56,443 bases of DNA, filler included, from Sphacelaria rigidula (GCA_964200075.2; 5 parts of 5 records of this genome joined end to end with filler, not necessarily neighbours in it); one strand, 5' to 3'. Shown: positions 12,241 to 25,700, counted from the first letter of the whole stretch. The notes: a model not told the origin generated them from the sequence alone. Numbers and translations: made by a program.

Positions 12241-12830
12241 AACAACATTGCTAGCCCCTCCCGCTCCTCCACACGACCTCTGTACGCCGTGCAAGTCCTG
12301 CGTGTCGCTTCAACTGCGAGCCACGTGCACCTGCCTGCCTGCCTTTTTTTGTGTCACCACTCGCGACGTACCCGCACCTGCAGCGTATTTCGAGTTTTCG
12401 CATTCACGGAACCCATAAAGGAGGAGACTTCGCGTTTGTCCTCCAGACTCAGACCGGCAAGAAGCCCCTGAAACATCCCCACGGGCAGGTCGTACAGAGA
12501 GAGTGAAGACCATGACGATGCAAGACGTTTTTCTCCATGCAAATAAATTAATAAACTTGTGCAACTCAGTTGTAATAAATACTACGAGTGGCTAAACTGG
12601 CACTCTTCGGTTCCGTAAATCATCTACACAACCATGCCAATTATCTTCGTAAAGAAACCTTGTGGAATATCGCGGCCGCGGAAACTGCGTGCATCAGGCC
12701 GGATTTAGAAAACCCTCAGGCGTCCGGGCATAGCAGCCCCACGATCAAGAACTGACTGATGAATCCCTCGATTAGAAAAAAGGACATTCAGACGTGGGCG
12801 TAGTTGAACGACAGTTGAAAATGTTTTTTT

Positions 12831-13172
12831 TCACGAGTTCTGAGAAAAGAGGATACTTGAGTCGACGGGATAGATTTCTTCGCGGGATGGCAAAGCAACG
12901 GTTGTAGTTTTCTCTCCAACAATCGTTGCTAGGTATTTCTCAGCTGGTGCCCACCCGACGCGAAGCCATACCCGCACTAGTGCCTCCTTCGAGCTACAGC
13001 CCTCGAAAGTATTATATATGGGCAAGTACAAGCTGTTGATCCGATTGTCGTTGATGGGAAATGTCCACGCGTAACGGTCAAATGTATCTATGCCCCCTAT
13101 ATACCGGTAACCGCGCGACCCCATGATAACCTGTGTGATGACAACCGAACTCGTGCGGACCCGCGCGTACAT
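12831..13172 (-). pseudogene. Possible degenerate rve-type integrase fragment
   Basis: Translation GYRYIGGIDTFDRYAWTFPI resembles the G.RY.L..ID.FSRYAW..P segment of retroviral-type integrases. The rest of the domain is not recognisable. Confidence 0.35.
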
Positions 13173-15269
13173 AATGTATTGCCCTCAGCGAGCGGACGAC
13201 GTGTCATATATCTACGCGATCTCGTTTACCTGCAGCGACAAACTCTTTTTGCTTGATGGGCTCTACGTCACGCTGCACCAACATTTACTGGGCGTACGGT
13301 ACATCGCTGGACACCTCATGACTTGCGAGAACTTATGACCCGGCGGGGGGTGCTGGTTTCGCAGTTTCTCCGTGTTCACGATGTTTCAAGTTTGGAAAGC
13401 CTGTGGCCCAGGATATTTACCCGTCGGATTCCTGGTATATTTGGCGGTCGATATTTGTGGGGGTCATGAAAAAACGTGCTCGGCTGTATAGGCTGCACCC
13501 CAAGATGACAGCCTCCCCATGCAACCGCAAGATTTCGGACATGCAGGAAACAAGATAAAGTCGCCACCCCTTCTCAGAGGGGCAGGAGTGTCAGGTATCC
13601 TCACGTATTGTTGGCCTTGGGGAAGTCGCGATATACTTACCGTACGCATAGGGGAGTACAGGTACACCAACACTCACAAGAGACCAGAAAGTGTTTTTTT
13701 CCAGATGCAAATTCACTCGTGAGATCATTATACAGTCGACTTTGGATGATCTTCCGTCTGCAGGGAAGTCGTGAGTATATCGCGGCAATCATGTACTGGC
13801 AGATGAAGAAATCTGCACTATTGGAGGAATAGGGCATCGTGAAAACTCATGAAAAAGCCAAAACCGTCAACCCGCGCGACATGAAAAACACACCTCTTGT
13901 TTTTGTTCAAGTTAGGGGGAAATGTCTTAACTGGACTACGATATTATCTAGACCCCGCTTGTTGACCCGGTCGTGGGTAGTGCGAAAAAAGAACACAAAG
14001 TTAAAAACATCGAAGGCACACTGCGAACAGAAAGCAAGCAGCAACCTCTCCCAGAAAAATACCGCGGCTTCCCGCGCGATAAGACAGATGTGTTGTTTAG
14101 ACACGACTGGGAATTAGCGGCAAGATCCACCGCGCTCAAGTCTACCCGCAAGGAGCCCGCCAAGTGTTACTCTGCCGGCTGTAACGGTAACGGATTCACC
14201 GAGTTTCATCTGTCAGGTGTGGTGGGCTCACTTTTTTGGCTTCTCGCGCGACATTCAGTCGTAATTCTATGAGTAACGAACCCTGCCGGGTGTTTTGCGG
14301 CGCCGGGCAACTTCAGCCCATGTGCATTTTGTTTCGTGGCCTTCACCTTCTGTATATGCGTGCACCTACATTTTCACATGGCACGTGTGCGTGTGCCTCC
14401 ATGTCACATTTTCCCCTTGAATACATCGAGGTCAAAAATAGCCAAACGTTACGGCACGCTGACGGTTTCACGGCAGTCGTCGAGAACAGCGCGAGACCCA
14501 AGGCGGTTCAGTTCTGCTATGCTGAGCCAATACTTCATGCGCCACACTGAAAATAACCGGGTTTGGGCGAGCGGGCAACGGTAGGCTGCTTCAGCGGATG
14601 CCCCTTTTTCAATGTTTTTGTTTTCTCGGCGCACGTCAGATCGAAGTGATATCGTCCATACCGGCTCTTCCAATGCAGTGCATGGTACCTGAGGGAAGGT
14701 GCTTGTTCGTCTGGCACCGCCTGCATGTCCCCATTTCTGAAGTAGTGCTACTGGTACCGAAACCATTGGAACATAGCCGAGGTTTGACACGAGAACGAAA
14801 TACGTAAATCCAGTTGGGTTATGGTGTAAAACAAACCCATGAGCGTTTTCGGAAGTGGCAGCCGGAACGCTTTCTTGTCTCCCCACGAGCACTATTCGTC
14901 ACCTCAACTGTAATGATCAGCATCGCACAGTCTGCGTTGGATGTCCCTGTGCGACCATGATAGTTTGGCATCTCTTGCTCAAACCCGCGACGACATGCGG
15001 AACACACACACACACACACACACATTCCTAGGATTCGAACCGGATGATGCAGACCATATTTCTTCATGCTCACGTTTGAGAGACACTTGACACACAACTG
15101 CACAGTCTTTCACTATCTTTAGATCGCCGAGTGTACACGCTTCGCGTTCATTGCGCTCTACAGTAATAGTCATTCACGTGAAAAGTACGACATGTTACGA
15201 GTGATTTTCAGGATGGTCGGTACGGCATGAGAGATTTGCTATACGATCTTCACCGGAAATGGAAAGTAC

Positions 15270-17390
15270 GACCGTGCGATGTTACCGTACAGAACGATAG
15301 CGGAATTCACAACAAACTACAGAACCGCGACAAAATTCCATTTACCGGTGAGGCCTCGAAATATACCTCGGTGAAACTGCCGCGGAAAATCTTCGAAGAT
15401 AAGCCTTGAAAAGATGCACGACTCTCAAAACTAGATTCGAAAAATGGCGATGAGTCGGAGTCGGCTCTTGCGACCAATTTGAAAAATGACAACGACTAAG
15501 AGTAGTCGACACTACGACTGCATTCGGAGACTTCGACGACCAAGAATCGATTCCCACGACTACATTCGGGAAATGATGATGACTAAGAGGAGACGACTAT
15601 ATTCGGGAAGTGGTGACGACCATGAGTTCATTCCGATGACTATGCTGTGTGTGTTGTCATCCCATCTAATCTGGACGCCAGTCTACACCTTTCGGTATAT
15701 GTGGGTGCATTAGCCAGGGTCACACAGGAAGAATGACAACACAGCAGTTTTCCATCTGTATTTTGTTTTAGTACTCCATCTTCCTTCTGCGGGGCTTACA
15801 TTATTTTCCCATTTAGTCTGGACGCCAGTCTACACCTTTCGGTATATGTGAGTGCATTAGCCAGGGTCACACAGGAGGAATGATAGCACAGGAGTTCTCC
15901 ATCTGTGTTTTGTTCTAGTACTCCATCTTCTTTCTGCGGGGCTTACATTACATTTTATCGCGAAAGAGGTTTAGCAGTCCCTTTCCCTCGTCAGCCGTGA
16001 AGTCGAATTTGACGACTAAATTCGGAAAATGCGGCGGCTAAGAGTAGATCCCTACAAGTAAGTTTGAAACTCAGGGATGACAAAGAGTCGACTCCTACGC
16101 CTAGATAAAAAAAAATCAGGGACAGCCCAGAGTCGTACTCGTTGGACGTGTGAAAATATAAGCCAGGGGGGTCGGACACTAAGCGCCATCATACCCCCAA
16201 CAGACAGGATGCACATCCCGTGCGTTGGAATATCCCACAATGAGCAAGTTGTTCAAGTTACAAAGGCACCCCATTAGACAGATGTACGTCAATCCCCGCC
16301 ATGGCATCATATGAGCGAAGGGGCGTGCATATCTCCGTGTTCCGCATCGCCCACACGCAACTGCGAGCAACAGAACTCGAGTCTCATGAGGAGTAGGGAC
16401 CTTACCGTAGTATCATCATCAGGAGGCATCGTGTAATACTTCCGCCGTCCGTGCAAGGGTGCAGGACAACAGACATCGAGTAGAAGACCTAAGGGGGCTG
16501 AAGTGTGGGAAAACTATCGACTTCATCGGCACAATCTATTGAGCGCTGGTTGGGCACCGCGTGGTGTTTTCTACTGCTGTCGTTGGCAATACTCTGCATG
16601 TATAGTACGGTGTTGTATTTCTACTGGACTGCGCTGTGCTGTTTTGTAGTACTGCTGCACTGCACTATTCTACTGCACCGTACTGGAAGACAGTAGGTAC
16701 ATGTGCACTGCACTGATCATGGTACCGCACGTATATTGTACTAGATGCTGTACTGAACTAATTGTACTGTACGTGCGCTCTAAAACGAAGATGGGGTCCC
16801 TCCGTTAGCTCAGGGGTGCCCACGCCACAGAACGACGAAAGTATGGAGACATGCAGCGAAGCAAAAAATCAAAAGTATGGAACTTGAAGATGTGGCTAGC
16901 AAAAATTTTACCGGAATATTGCTTTTGCACGTTATTCGCACTCTACTGGCACGTTGAAACTAGACATCCAGTCATGTGCCAAAATTTGGGAGGTGAGGGA
17001 CTACTGAGAATCGACGCTCACGACTACATTCGGAAATGGCGACGACTGAGAGCCAACTTCCACGACTGAATCCGGAAAATGACGACGACGAAGAGTCGAC
17101 TCTTGCGACTAAATTAGAAAATACGACGGCGAGGAGTCGGCACCTACGGCAAAATTCGAAAAATGCGTCCACCAAGAATCGACTCCGAGGACGAATTCGG
17201 AAAATGATGACAACTAGAGTCGGCTTTTGAGACTAAAAATATGCGACGGCTAAGAGTCGATTTTTACGAGTATATTTGGAAAAGAGTGAATAGTAAGAGT
17301 CGACGACGCCTATCGCTAAATGCGGAAAGCGAAAACGAATAATTTGAAAAATACGAGCACGACGACTTATAGTCGTGGTCCTCGGACGGA
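15270..17390. repeat. Clusters of short degenerate repeats (TTCGGAAAATGACGACGAC / AAGAGTCGACTC) at about 15270-15640, 16010-16140 and 17000-17390
   Basis: Recurrent motifs are visible directly and are interrupted by a SINE at 15646. They look like subterminal repeats of a DNA element. Confidence 0.6.
15646..16012 (-). mobile_element. tRNA-derived SINE family A, 5'-truncated copy with internal tandem duplication
   Basis: Matches 19693-19920. The ~145-bp block CCCAT.TA.TCTGGACGCCAGTCTACACC...GGGGCTTACATTA occurs twice (about 15660-15802 and 15807-15950). Confidence 0.8.
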
Positions 17391-18836
17391 AGAAAATTCC
17401 CCAGAGAACATCCGAATCCACCACCAACCGGGGCATTCTTCGAATTGCTATCCACGGGATTCATACGGGCGATTTTCTCATGTCTATACACTCAATTTGG
17501 AGGCACGAGTGGCTACGGGTTCCATCTCCAGCCAATGCTTCTCAATACATCGCAATGCCAAAGCTTCAAAGTCCATCAAACTTCGTAGTTGGTCGGTTTT
17601 GCGTAAACTACGTTCGAGTAGGCCACAGGGGCAGTTTATCTCTATGGGCATACGGCCTTGCTGCGAGGCTTATGCACGAATAAATGTGACACAAGGGCCT
17701 CGTGCGACACAGGATTTTTAGCCCCAGACTGGCCTGCTTCCACATGGAGGTTCGCTTCCAAAGATAAACAACTAGTCTACAGCAGCCCAAACGGTTCATG
17801 AGGCTCGTTCAACTGAGCTCCAAATCTGTGACGACCTGAGGCGTAAACAGTAGATTGACTCAAACCTTTTGGCACCCACGCCGATGGACCGTACTGTCTC
17901 ATGCAAGGGAAACGACACTGTCTTTCAACACGGCAGCTTAGCAGTATAAATGTGCTGGTTGAAAGATGGTCCAGTTAGCCCTGGAATCGAGGGAAAAGGT
18001 ACATACGGTAGCGGCATACGGACCGCTTAGTGGCAGATCGACGGGGGACATCCCCAGAATGTACCCAACAGCTGGGCACGGTACGTTGAAATGGCCTCGA
18101 GCAAGTCTCGGCCATTTATTCGAGTCTATTGATCACGATAGATAGATATCTAGCTTCTAGAGACTCCCGTTCAGTTACCTGCCGACGCGCTGCTGCACTT
18201 GATTTTTCAGCCGCTCTAGCTTCAGCTCTCCGACCTCCGCCGTACCTGTGACCGTCCTTGGTCCCGGAGCAACCGCCGCCCGCGTGTGTGCTTGTGCGAT
18301 CCCGGTCTTTTCCTTGCATCGTTTTCGGTTAGCAGTTAGTGATAGTACAAGTATTGAGATATGCTGATGTTGGTGGCATTCGAGAGCACAGAAACGGATA
18401 CGCTGGCTTTACAGCGAGCGGTAGGCGATGCGTACAGCAGAGCGCTTTCGCCCTCATGCGGAGCAGTTTCTGAAACGACAGATTTCCCCCCGCATATTTC
18501 GGCTTACTTTCTCTGCGTGAACGGGTACACATGCATCTACCGTGTTGACACCAGCGTGGCATCGGGAGTTACCGTTTTTCGGAGAAAAATCTGGCTCTAT
18601 TCTACCAAGACTGTGGAGTGCTGGGTTAGGCAAAGTCTCGCTGGCGATAGGAGTAGTGGAGACGCGAAAAATTCTCCATTGTGACAAAGTTGCGGTGTCC
18701 GTTTCATGAAGTACGTCAGTGACTGCACTGTACGTCAGTGACTGCACTGCTGCTGTACCACTGACTGTTCGCGTACAACTCCGCACATCACGGATCAGCA
18801 CAGCGCACTGGAGCAGATCCATCTCCCAGAAAACAT

Positions 18837-21456
18837 ATGCTACCGTCTGCGATCGTCTGGGTGCTGTACGTAGCTTCAGCTATTATCTTGGGAGCACCTA
18901 TTACAGCGTCGAACAGCTGTTGGCAACTCTCTCACATCAGCCCTCGGGTTGGTAATGTGAGGGGTCAGAGGGCCTCGACATCTGAGTTTCACCATTTCAA
19001 CACCTACCGTCCATCTCGAGCGAGTTTTTTTTCGCAAGAAGCATTCCCTAGCTGTGAGACACCTCCGTGTGCCATCCATGATGTTGGTCATTTCCTTTCA
19101 GGGAAGCTGACGTCACAATACCGGCGGAAAAGTGTGGGCACCACGACCAACACCGCGGTTGGGGTGACATTATTCGTGGGAACGACAAGAGCCTCCGTCC
19201 ACGACAAAAAGCTGGTACTGCCAAGAAAAGTGCAATCGCCATACCTGGATCCGTTTCATGTGACTCCGCCGATTCAAATATCGGGGAAGAGTCCGTCGGT
19301 ATGTTCTGCAAGCAATGCAGAAGATAAAACGCCCTTTTTCGATTCCAGTAGTAGTGTTCTTTATTTTGCATATGGAGCCAACATGAGTCCCGCGATTTTA
19401 ACACAGAAGCGGGGCGTCAGGCCACGGGTGTCTCTGCCCGCCGAAGCGGTCTCTGTGCTGGACTGGCAATTACCGAACGGATCTATGACTGCATCGGGAT
19501 CGTGCCGAACTTTACATCGAGAAAGTGACGCAGGGGTGTGCTTATGCTTCTCCCACCGATCAGGTGTGTGATGAACGTCTCGGCGATAGACGAAACGGGG
19601 GTTCAAAAAGGCGAGTCCATTGCTGCAGTCTCTCATGGATTTTATGGTTTGTATGGTGGCACCGCATCGCTTATTACAGCGACACTGCCGTGCGTGTGTG
19701 TTGTCGTCCCATCTATTCTGGACGCCGGTCTACATCTTTCGGTGTATGTGGGCGCACCAGCCGGGGTCACACAGGAGGAATTAAGGCCAACACAGGAGTT
19801 GTTTGTTTGTTTGTTTGTTTTAATTCCCCACCTTCCTTCTGCGTTAGTTGTCTTTATTCTTCATCGCGAGAGGGGTCCAGCAGGCTCTTTTCCTCGAAGA
19901 CCATGAAATCGAATTTTGTGTACCTACGACATAGGCGCTCTCCACTGTTGGGCATTGTGTGAGAAAAAGTCCCAGATCGCTCCGAGATTCGAACCCAAGA
20001 CCCGACCGCCAGAGGGTTTCGCGGTTACCCTGTAATACGTGAGAGGACGGCGGGCTTAGAGGACCGCATCTGAATTTGAACATCGCTAGGGTTAGGGTTA
20101 ATGTTAATGTTAGTGTTAGGGTTAGAGTCAGGGTCAGGGCATGGTCCCTATAGGGACTGGCTAGGCTGGTTTTAAAAACGTCGATCCTAAGGTGTTTCGA
20201 ACTATGACGCGGTCCTCTAAGCACGCGGTCCTCTCACGCATTACAACCCACTGAGCCGCCAGGGCGACCGCGTGTGGCAACCTCACTTTTTGATTTTGCG
20301 CCAGTACTGACACGTCCTACGATACTGCTGGTAGAGTCCGTGCCAAAGGCGTAACCGGTAATGTTTGCGATCTTGGGTACGACGTACAGGATTCGCCACA
20401 CTCGCCTCTCCGCCTGGACCGCCGCAAGAGTGGAAGATGTCACCCGGTGTTCATGGAGTGTTACACTCGATAACGCCCCAAGATATGGAGCGAATAGCGA
20501 ACGTCGAGACGGGCTACCGAAAGTGCACGGCAAGTTGACACCAGCGGGGATATAACATCGCCGGTTGGTTTTGCCAGCAGTCTTGTTCTCGTGTTGACAT
20601 ATTTGCGAGCACGCTATCATCCCAAAAGGAAACGGTAGGCACCCAAGCACTCCCAAGGCTTCTTCCATTGGGGGCAAGTGTGCTGGCACACAAAGCTGGA
20701 GTCGGGGTGATCCAACAGAACCGGGTGACGATAGAGACACGACGAGATTTCCTCACGAGCCACAAGGTAGCGTCTGGACTTCGTCGTTTAAGGCTCTTCA
20801 CCTCACCCTATACTACTATAACCATGATTAGTTGCAGATGTCAGCACCGTGTGCGTCAATCGCTGCCCTGTCCCTCACGCCACATGCTCCTGGTGCTCCT
20901 CGCTCGTAAAGGTGGTTGTGGAGACATATGACGGAGAACATGACAATGCAGTCTCCTTCGTCTCGGATTGCTCTCAGCTTTTACCTACAAGCGTCCCACC
21001 AACAGCAAGGTATCAACAAAGAGTCAAAGCCATATCACGATCTGTAACATATTATCGACACTGACGAAGAGCTTTCACATACTGTAATGTGTGAACAGTC
21101 GCATGTTATCCCCACGGTGGCCTTGCATAGGTGAAAGGGTTTTTGCATGTCAGCGTCATGCAAACTTGGTTTTTCATGCACCTGCAGTAGCGCTCCAAGC
21201 CCGCATTATAAACTTGAACGTTCTCCCGTGTATATGCAGGTATCTGGAACTACTTCGCGACGGAGCCTCGTACCATAACCTGAGGGACAGCTACCAGTCT
21301 TGGCTAGCAACCGTACCGAGCATTCCATCTGAATACGCGGAGGCATCGCCTGAGCGAATAAGCACTCCAGCCAAAAAGGCGCTCAATACTGGACTTGCGG
21401 CAATCGGTGCTGCAGCGCTTTTGACTGCGGCGTACCGCTTCTTCGGGTCCGGGTGA
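18837..21456 (+). CDS. GGCT: Gamma-glutamylcyclotransferase-like protein (complete, 4 exons: 18837-19563, 20390-20529, 20912-21009, 21240-21456)
   Basis: Spliced product has VLYFAYGANMS, VHGVLHSITPQDMERIANVETGY and PPTARYLELLRDGASYHNLRDSYQSWL, the ordered GGCT/GliK-family motifs. It has a hydrophobic N-terminus and a hydrophobic C-terminal tail (GLAAIGAAALLTAAYRFF). Phases 1, 0 and 2 are consistent. Intron 2 has a GC donor (ACG|GCAAGT). Confidence 0.9.
19693..20269 (-). mobile_element. tRNA-derived SINE family A, full-length copy in GGCT intron 1 (interrupted by MITE)
   Basis: With the MITE removed, the minus-strand head reads GGTCGCCCTGGCGGCTCAGTGGGTAACCGCGAAACCCTCTGGCGGTCGGGTCTTGGGTTCGAATCTCGG (A-box-like GGCTCAGTGG, B-box GGTTCGAATC). 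The body is shared with four other copies and ends in a (CA)n tail. Confidence 0.85.
20031..20245. mobile_element. MITE with TGT...ACA termini, ~40-bp TIRs, 4-bp TSD (ACCC), internal TTAGGG-like repeats
   Basis: Left end TGTAATACGTGAGAGGACGGCGGGCTTAGAGGACCGCATC; right end GACGCGGTCCTCTAAGCACGCGGTCCTCTCACGCATTACA. ACCC flanks both sides. A degenerate (TTAGGG)n tract lies at about 20087-20139. Confidence 0.85.
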
Positions 21457-22782
21457 TATCCCTCTGACGTTCCGCATTGCCACGTAGCAAAACTGTCGTG
21501 CATCGACGGGTGCTTGATTTCCGACGCTATTGGGTAGCAATATCGCCATACTTTGAAGTGCACGTATAATTGATTCACGATGGGCTCTCAGCTGAACAGT
21601 CGAAGAAAGGCGGCATACCGGGGTGATATTTGCTGTGATTGCGATGGCGCCAGAGCACGTTTGGTTGAGGGTGGAGGAAAACCAGATTATACCATTTGTG
21701 CCTCACAATATGGCATACGGAATTATTTGATTGGTCACCATTTCATTGATATATAGTTGCATGTTGATTGATTGGTTACGAACCCAGTCGTCGTCACAAT
21801 AAAGCCCTCCATATTGGAGGAAGCCATCGTTCAATCAGGTTGTTTTAGCGACGAAGTTACCACCGGCGGAAACTACGGAGTGGACGCTTCACGTGGTCCT
21901 GCATATAATAGTCACACATGTTTCGAGGCCCGTAAGTGCGTCTCTGTGTGTGTTTCGGCATCTTGTCTACTGGGGAGCAGGAGATGGGGACCAAGCTCTC
22001 ATAACGTTTCAGCAAAAATCTGTAGTTACAACTTTGAGGCGTTGAGGTGAAAGAAAATATCTTTGGACGGGCCAGGCTTGCACTCCCGAAAATACTAGTC
22101 AGCCCGTGTCTATCGCCAACGCATGTGGGTGGAGCGCGTGCAAGCTTACGGTACTGATAATTTTTACAGTGTTTCAACAGTCGCACGCACGTATATCGCA
22201 CGTCGGTGTGGTGATGTCCATGGATAAAGTCAGACTGACGCGTACTATATATTTACTTTAATCGATCGCTCTGCTGCGGGGTAAGCGTAGACACACAATT
22301 CAAGTGCGTGAACAGCAGTCAGCACCTTGGCTCAGGTAAATAGCAGTAAACAGGGGATTCCATAAAAAATGGTTGATCAATGAAGTGAGGTTTGAGGAGG
22401 CTAGCCAGTATGCGACAAAACTTTAAGGGAAGTACCGTCCGCAAGTGTCTTCGATCGATACCTGGGGGGGGGGGGGGGGGGAGGGACATTGTCGTCTGCG
22501 CTGTGCCTTGGGACATTAGCNNNNNNNNNNNNNNNNNNNNNNNNNNNNNNNNNNNNNNNNNNNNTTAATTAATTAANNNNNNNNNNNNNNNNNNNNNNNN
22601 NNNNNNNNNNNNNNNNNNNNTGGAGGGCTTTGTGTGCTGCGGGTATTTTTGTCTGGATCTTTCTCTACTTGGTTTCCCTGCTTCCGGTATCCAACCTTTC
22701 CCCCCCCCCCCCCCCCGTGTACGCACCCCTCCATCGTGACCTGTCTTGTGTTCGTCGTTGGCTAAACCCCTGGAATGGTCAG

Positions 22783-25700
22783 CCTCCAGTTGCCGACCTC
22801 TCCGAGGAGGCTGGAGGAGGGGGCTGGACAGATGATGATGTGCAAACCCCGGGGCCGGAGCTCAAGTGTTCCCCCTGTCCCTCTCGCCCGGCTTGTCCAA
22901 CCGCTCAAACCGTCCCGGGTGAGCATCTACGAGTGTTTTCAATACTTTTCCCTGTAGTCGGTTGTCATAATCGGTCCCTTCTCGTCGACATTGTGTTCCT
23001 TATCCTTCTGTCTTGTCTTCGTAGCAGTCGACGTCCACAAGGTGTTGTGTGTTCTCTCGAGTATACCGACTGAAGTTCGGGTATCTGCCGAAGTATGAAG
23101 AGAAGAAGTTTAAGGTGAAATCCGCACCGTGAACAATTTATAGTCAACGGTTGCAATATAGGGAGAAGATGCACTGCGTAGAGTGTAAGCTCATTGCAAC
23201 TATTGAACATGTATTGTGTTCCCCATATCATGTCCCAAGAAGAACCAAAAAACGACCCTCCCCTCCCCACACAATTTTCGATATATTACTCGACGAACAC
23301 ATTTTGATCATCGGTTTTTCTTTTTTTTCATTTTGTTCAGGGTGTGGTGATTACAAGTCCAAACAATATCGCAGTGTTCGTTTCAAGGCTCGATGGATGC
23401 CCTTCCGGACCATGCCGGTCGGTCTGTTATGCCAACCTGAAATCGTACTTCGCAGTACCCAGATACCGGGGTACAGAGTATTGCGATCGTACCCAACTTA
23501 ACGTAATATTTGAGTAGAGCTTGGAGATGGGACAAAAGCAACGCAAGAGGCAATACCCAGGTACTCAACCTAATCAACGTACCCTTGACCGATATATATA
23601 TATATATATATACATTCGTGTGTGCAACGTCCACTACATGGTCGAAAGATGAAATACACCGAAAATGTACGGGGTTAAGTACAGGCTCATTGTGACTGTT
23701 CTTCGGTCGATAATAGTGGCGATATACCTATACTTGACCCCAGTACATTTTGGGTCTATTCCATTTGTTGACCATATCGTACATCATCATTTTCTAGGGT
23801 GTGAATGTTCCCAATTTTGTCGATGAGTCGACGCGGTTCGGAAATCCTATTCCAAATCTACGGTTCTAAATGTCGAGACGTGTAAAGTAGCGTAACAAGT
23901 GAGAAGTGATGATTAGTTGATCCCGTGAGACATGAGTTGATCCCATGAGACACAAGTTGATCTCGTGAGACATAAGTTGATCCCGTGAGATATGAGTTGA
24001 TCTCGTGAGATATGAGTTGATCTCGTGAGACACAAGTTGATCTCGTGAGACATGAGTTGACCCCGTGAGGCAAGATCCAAAGGAATGAAGGAAGCAAGGC
24101 AGGAAGGAGTGGAATGCGGGGATTTACGGTAAAAAATCCGTGTGCTTATCTCTTCCCTCCGCCGCGTACCTCGCGCGCCCTCACTTTCGCTTTGCCGTGT
24201 AACGATGACCACGATGTCTTTTACTCGACGAAGGAGACGTGAACCCGGATGCGGAAACGTGTGCCAATGTGGTGGCCAAGTGCAGGCGGGACAGCCTCGC
24301 GAATAATGTCCCAAACATCATTGAATGTAAAGAAGCCGGAGAGGGTGGCTCTCAGGAGGTGCGTGCGTGTGTATGCACGGGATTCGATTCCACTCCGCGT
24401 AGTGAGTCTGTGTGTGTGTGTCGTGTTGTCACCCCATCTGTTGTGGACGACGGTCTACACCTTTCGGGTTATGTGGGTCCAGCCGGGGTCACCTAGGAGA
24501 AAGGCCAGCACAAGACTTTTTTTTTCTTCTGTGTTGTTCGTTTTTCATTGTTCATCTTGGTTCTGCGGTGCTCGCCTTTTGTTGATATCGCGAGAGGAGT
24601 TAGGTCAGTAACCGTTTTCCCTCGTCGACCATTAGGTCGAAATCTACATGTCAACGACATAGAACAGGGTTTCCGTGAGATTGAGAGTACAGGATACAAT
24701 TGAGAGTGAAGAGCGGTCAATTGGTGAATGAATCGTTTCAGTTCCGAAATGCCCATCCACGAGGCCAAAGATGCTTTCTGTAATCGCTGGCTACTGAAGC
24801 TCTTGATACCCCTTGAGTAGGATATCGACGTGTAGCTGTAAGCACACGCAAGTGATGGAGGCAAGTGGATGAGATATTGGCTAGGCTGAATGAAGCGAAT
24901 GATCAAAGCCACTTTCAACCAGCGCTCTACTGTCAATCTCACGAAAATGTTGTTATTGTCGTTCTCCACCGTTGGACATTGTAACCTGTTGTCCGGGGCG
25001 TGTATCTTGGGATTCAGGGAATACGCGACGAGTGCGTATTACCCGAAGGGTGGGAGTGAGGATGGAGTAGAGTTGGAGCGAGGTTGTCGTTATTTTCATC
25101 GCCAAAATACTCGTACATGTTAATTTGTTCTCGAGTCTTGGATGTACTGGTCGATTTTTGTCGAGAAGGAGTTATCGATCCGTTCACTATTGACCTTCGG
25201 GTACGTACGTTACACTCGACTGTCCATCTTGTCATTAATGTCTATGGCGGGTTTCGGAGGGGATCAGTGGTGAAGATTGACCGCCGTCTTTTGACGGGCA
25301 GAAACGATGGGTCATCATTTGCCGAAGAATCCGGTCATCACTTTCCCGAGAGGGAATGAAGGTTGAATGGCCACAAGACGAGAGAAACAGCCAGATCATG
25401 AGCTGCCTGTAAATTTCCCAACGCTCCCCCTCGGGTGGGGCGCCATAACAAACCAATGTTTATGTAAAAAGTAAATCAAACAAAGGAACGTATAACAGAC
25501 ACTTTCTTCTTTTTTCTTCTTTTCTACTGACGTGTCGTTGATGTATCGTTCTTCTGCCCCAACGCTCATGGGCGCGTGATGAACGGTCCGTTGCAGGCAG
25601 GTAGGTAGGGGTGGATAGGTGAGTAGGTGGGTCCATGGCTGGATTCTCTCGACGATAAATAGCTTCTGAGTTGAACACTGGTATGGCGAGGAGGGTTCTG

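Noticed and set aside
18116-18319. Possible minus-strand first exon divergent from GGCT (MQGKDRDR..., donors CAG|GTACGG and CAG|GTAACT)
   Set aside because: No recognisable domain and no convincing downstream exon chain.
20087-20139. Chromosome end/telomere
   Set aside because: Short, degenerate and internal to a TIR-bounded MITE within an intron.
23915-24069. Regular repeat array that could be mistaken for CRISPR
   Set aside because: Contiguous 20-bp units with no unique spacers, no cas genes, and a eukaryotic intron context; it is a minisatellite.
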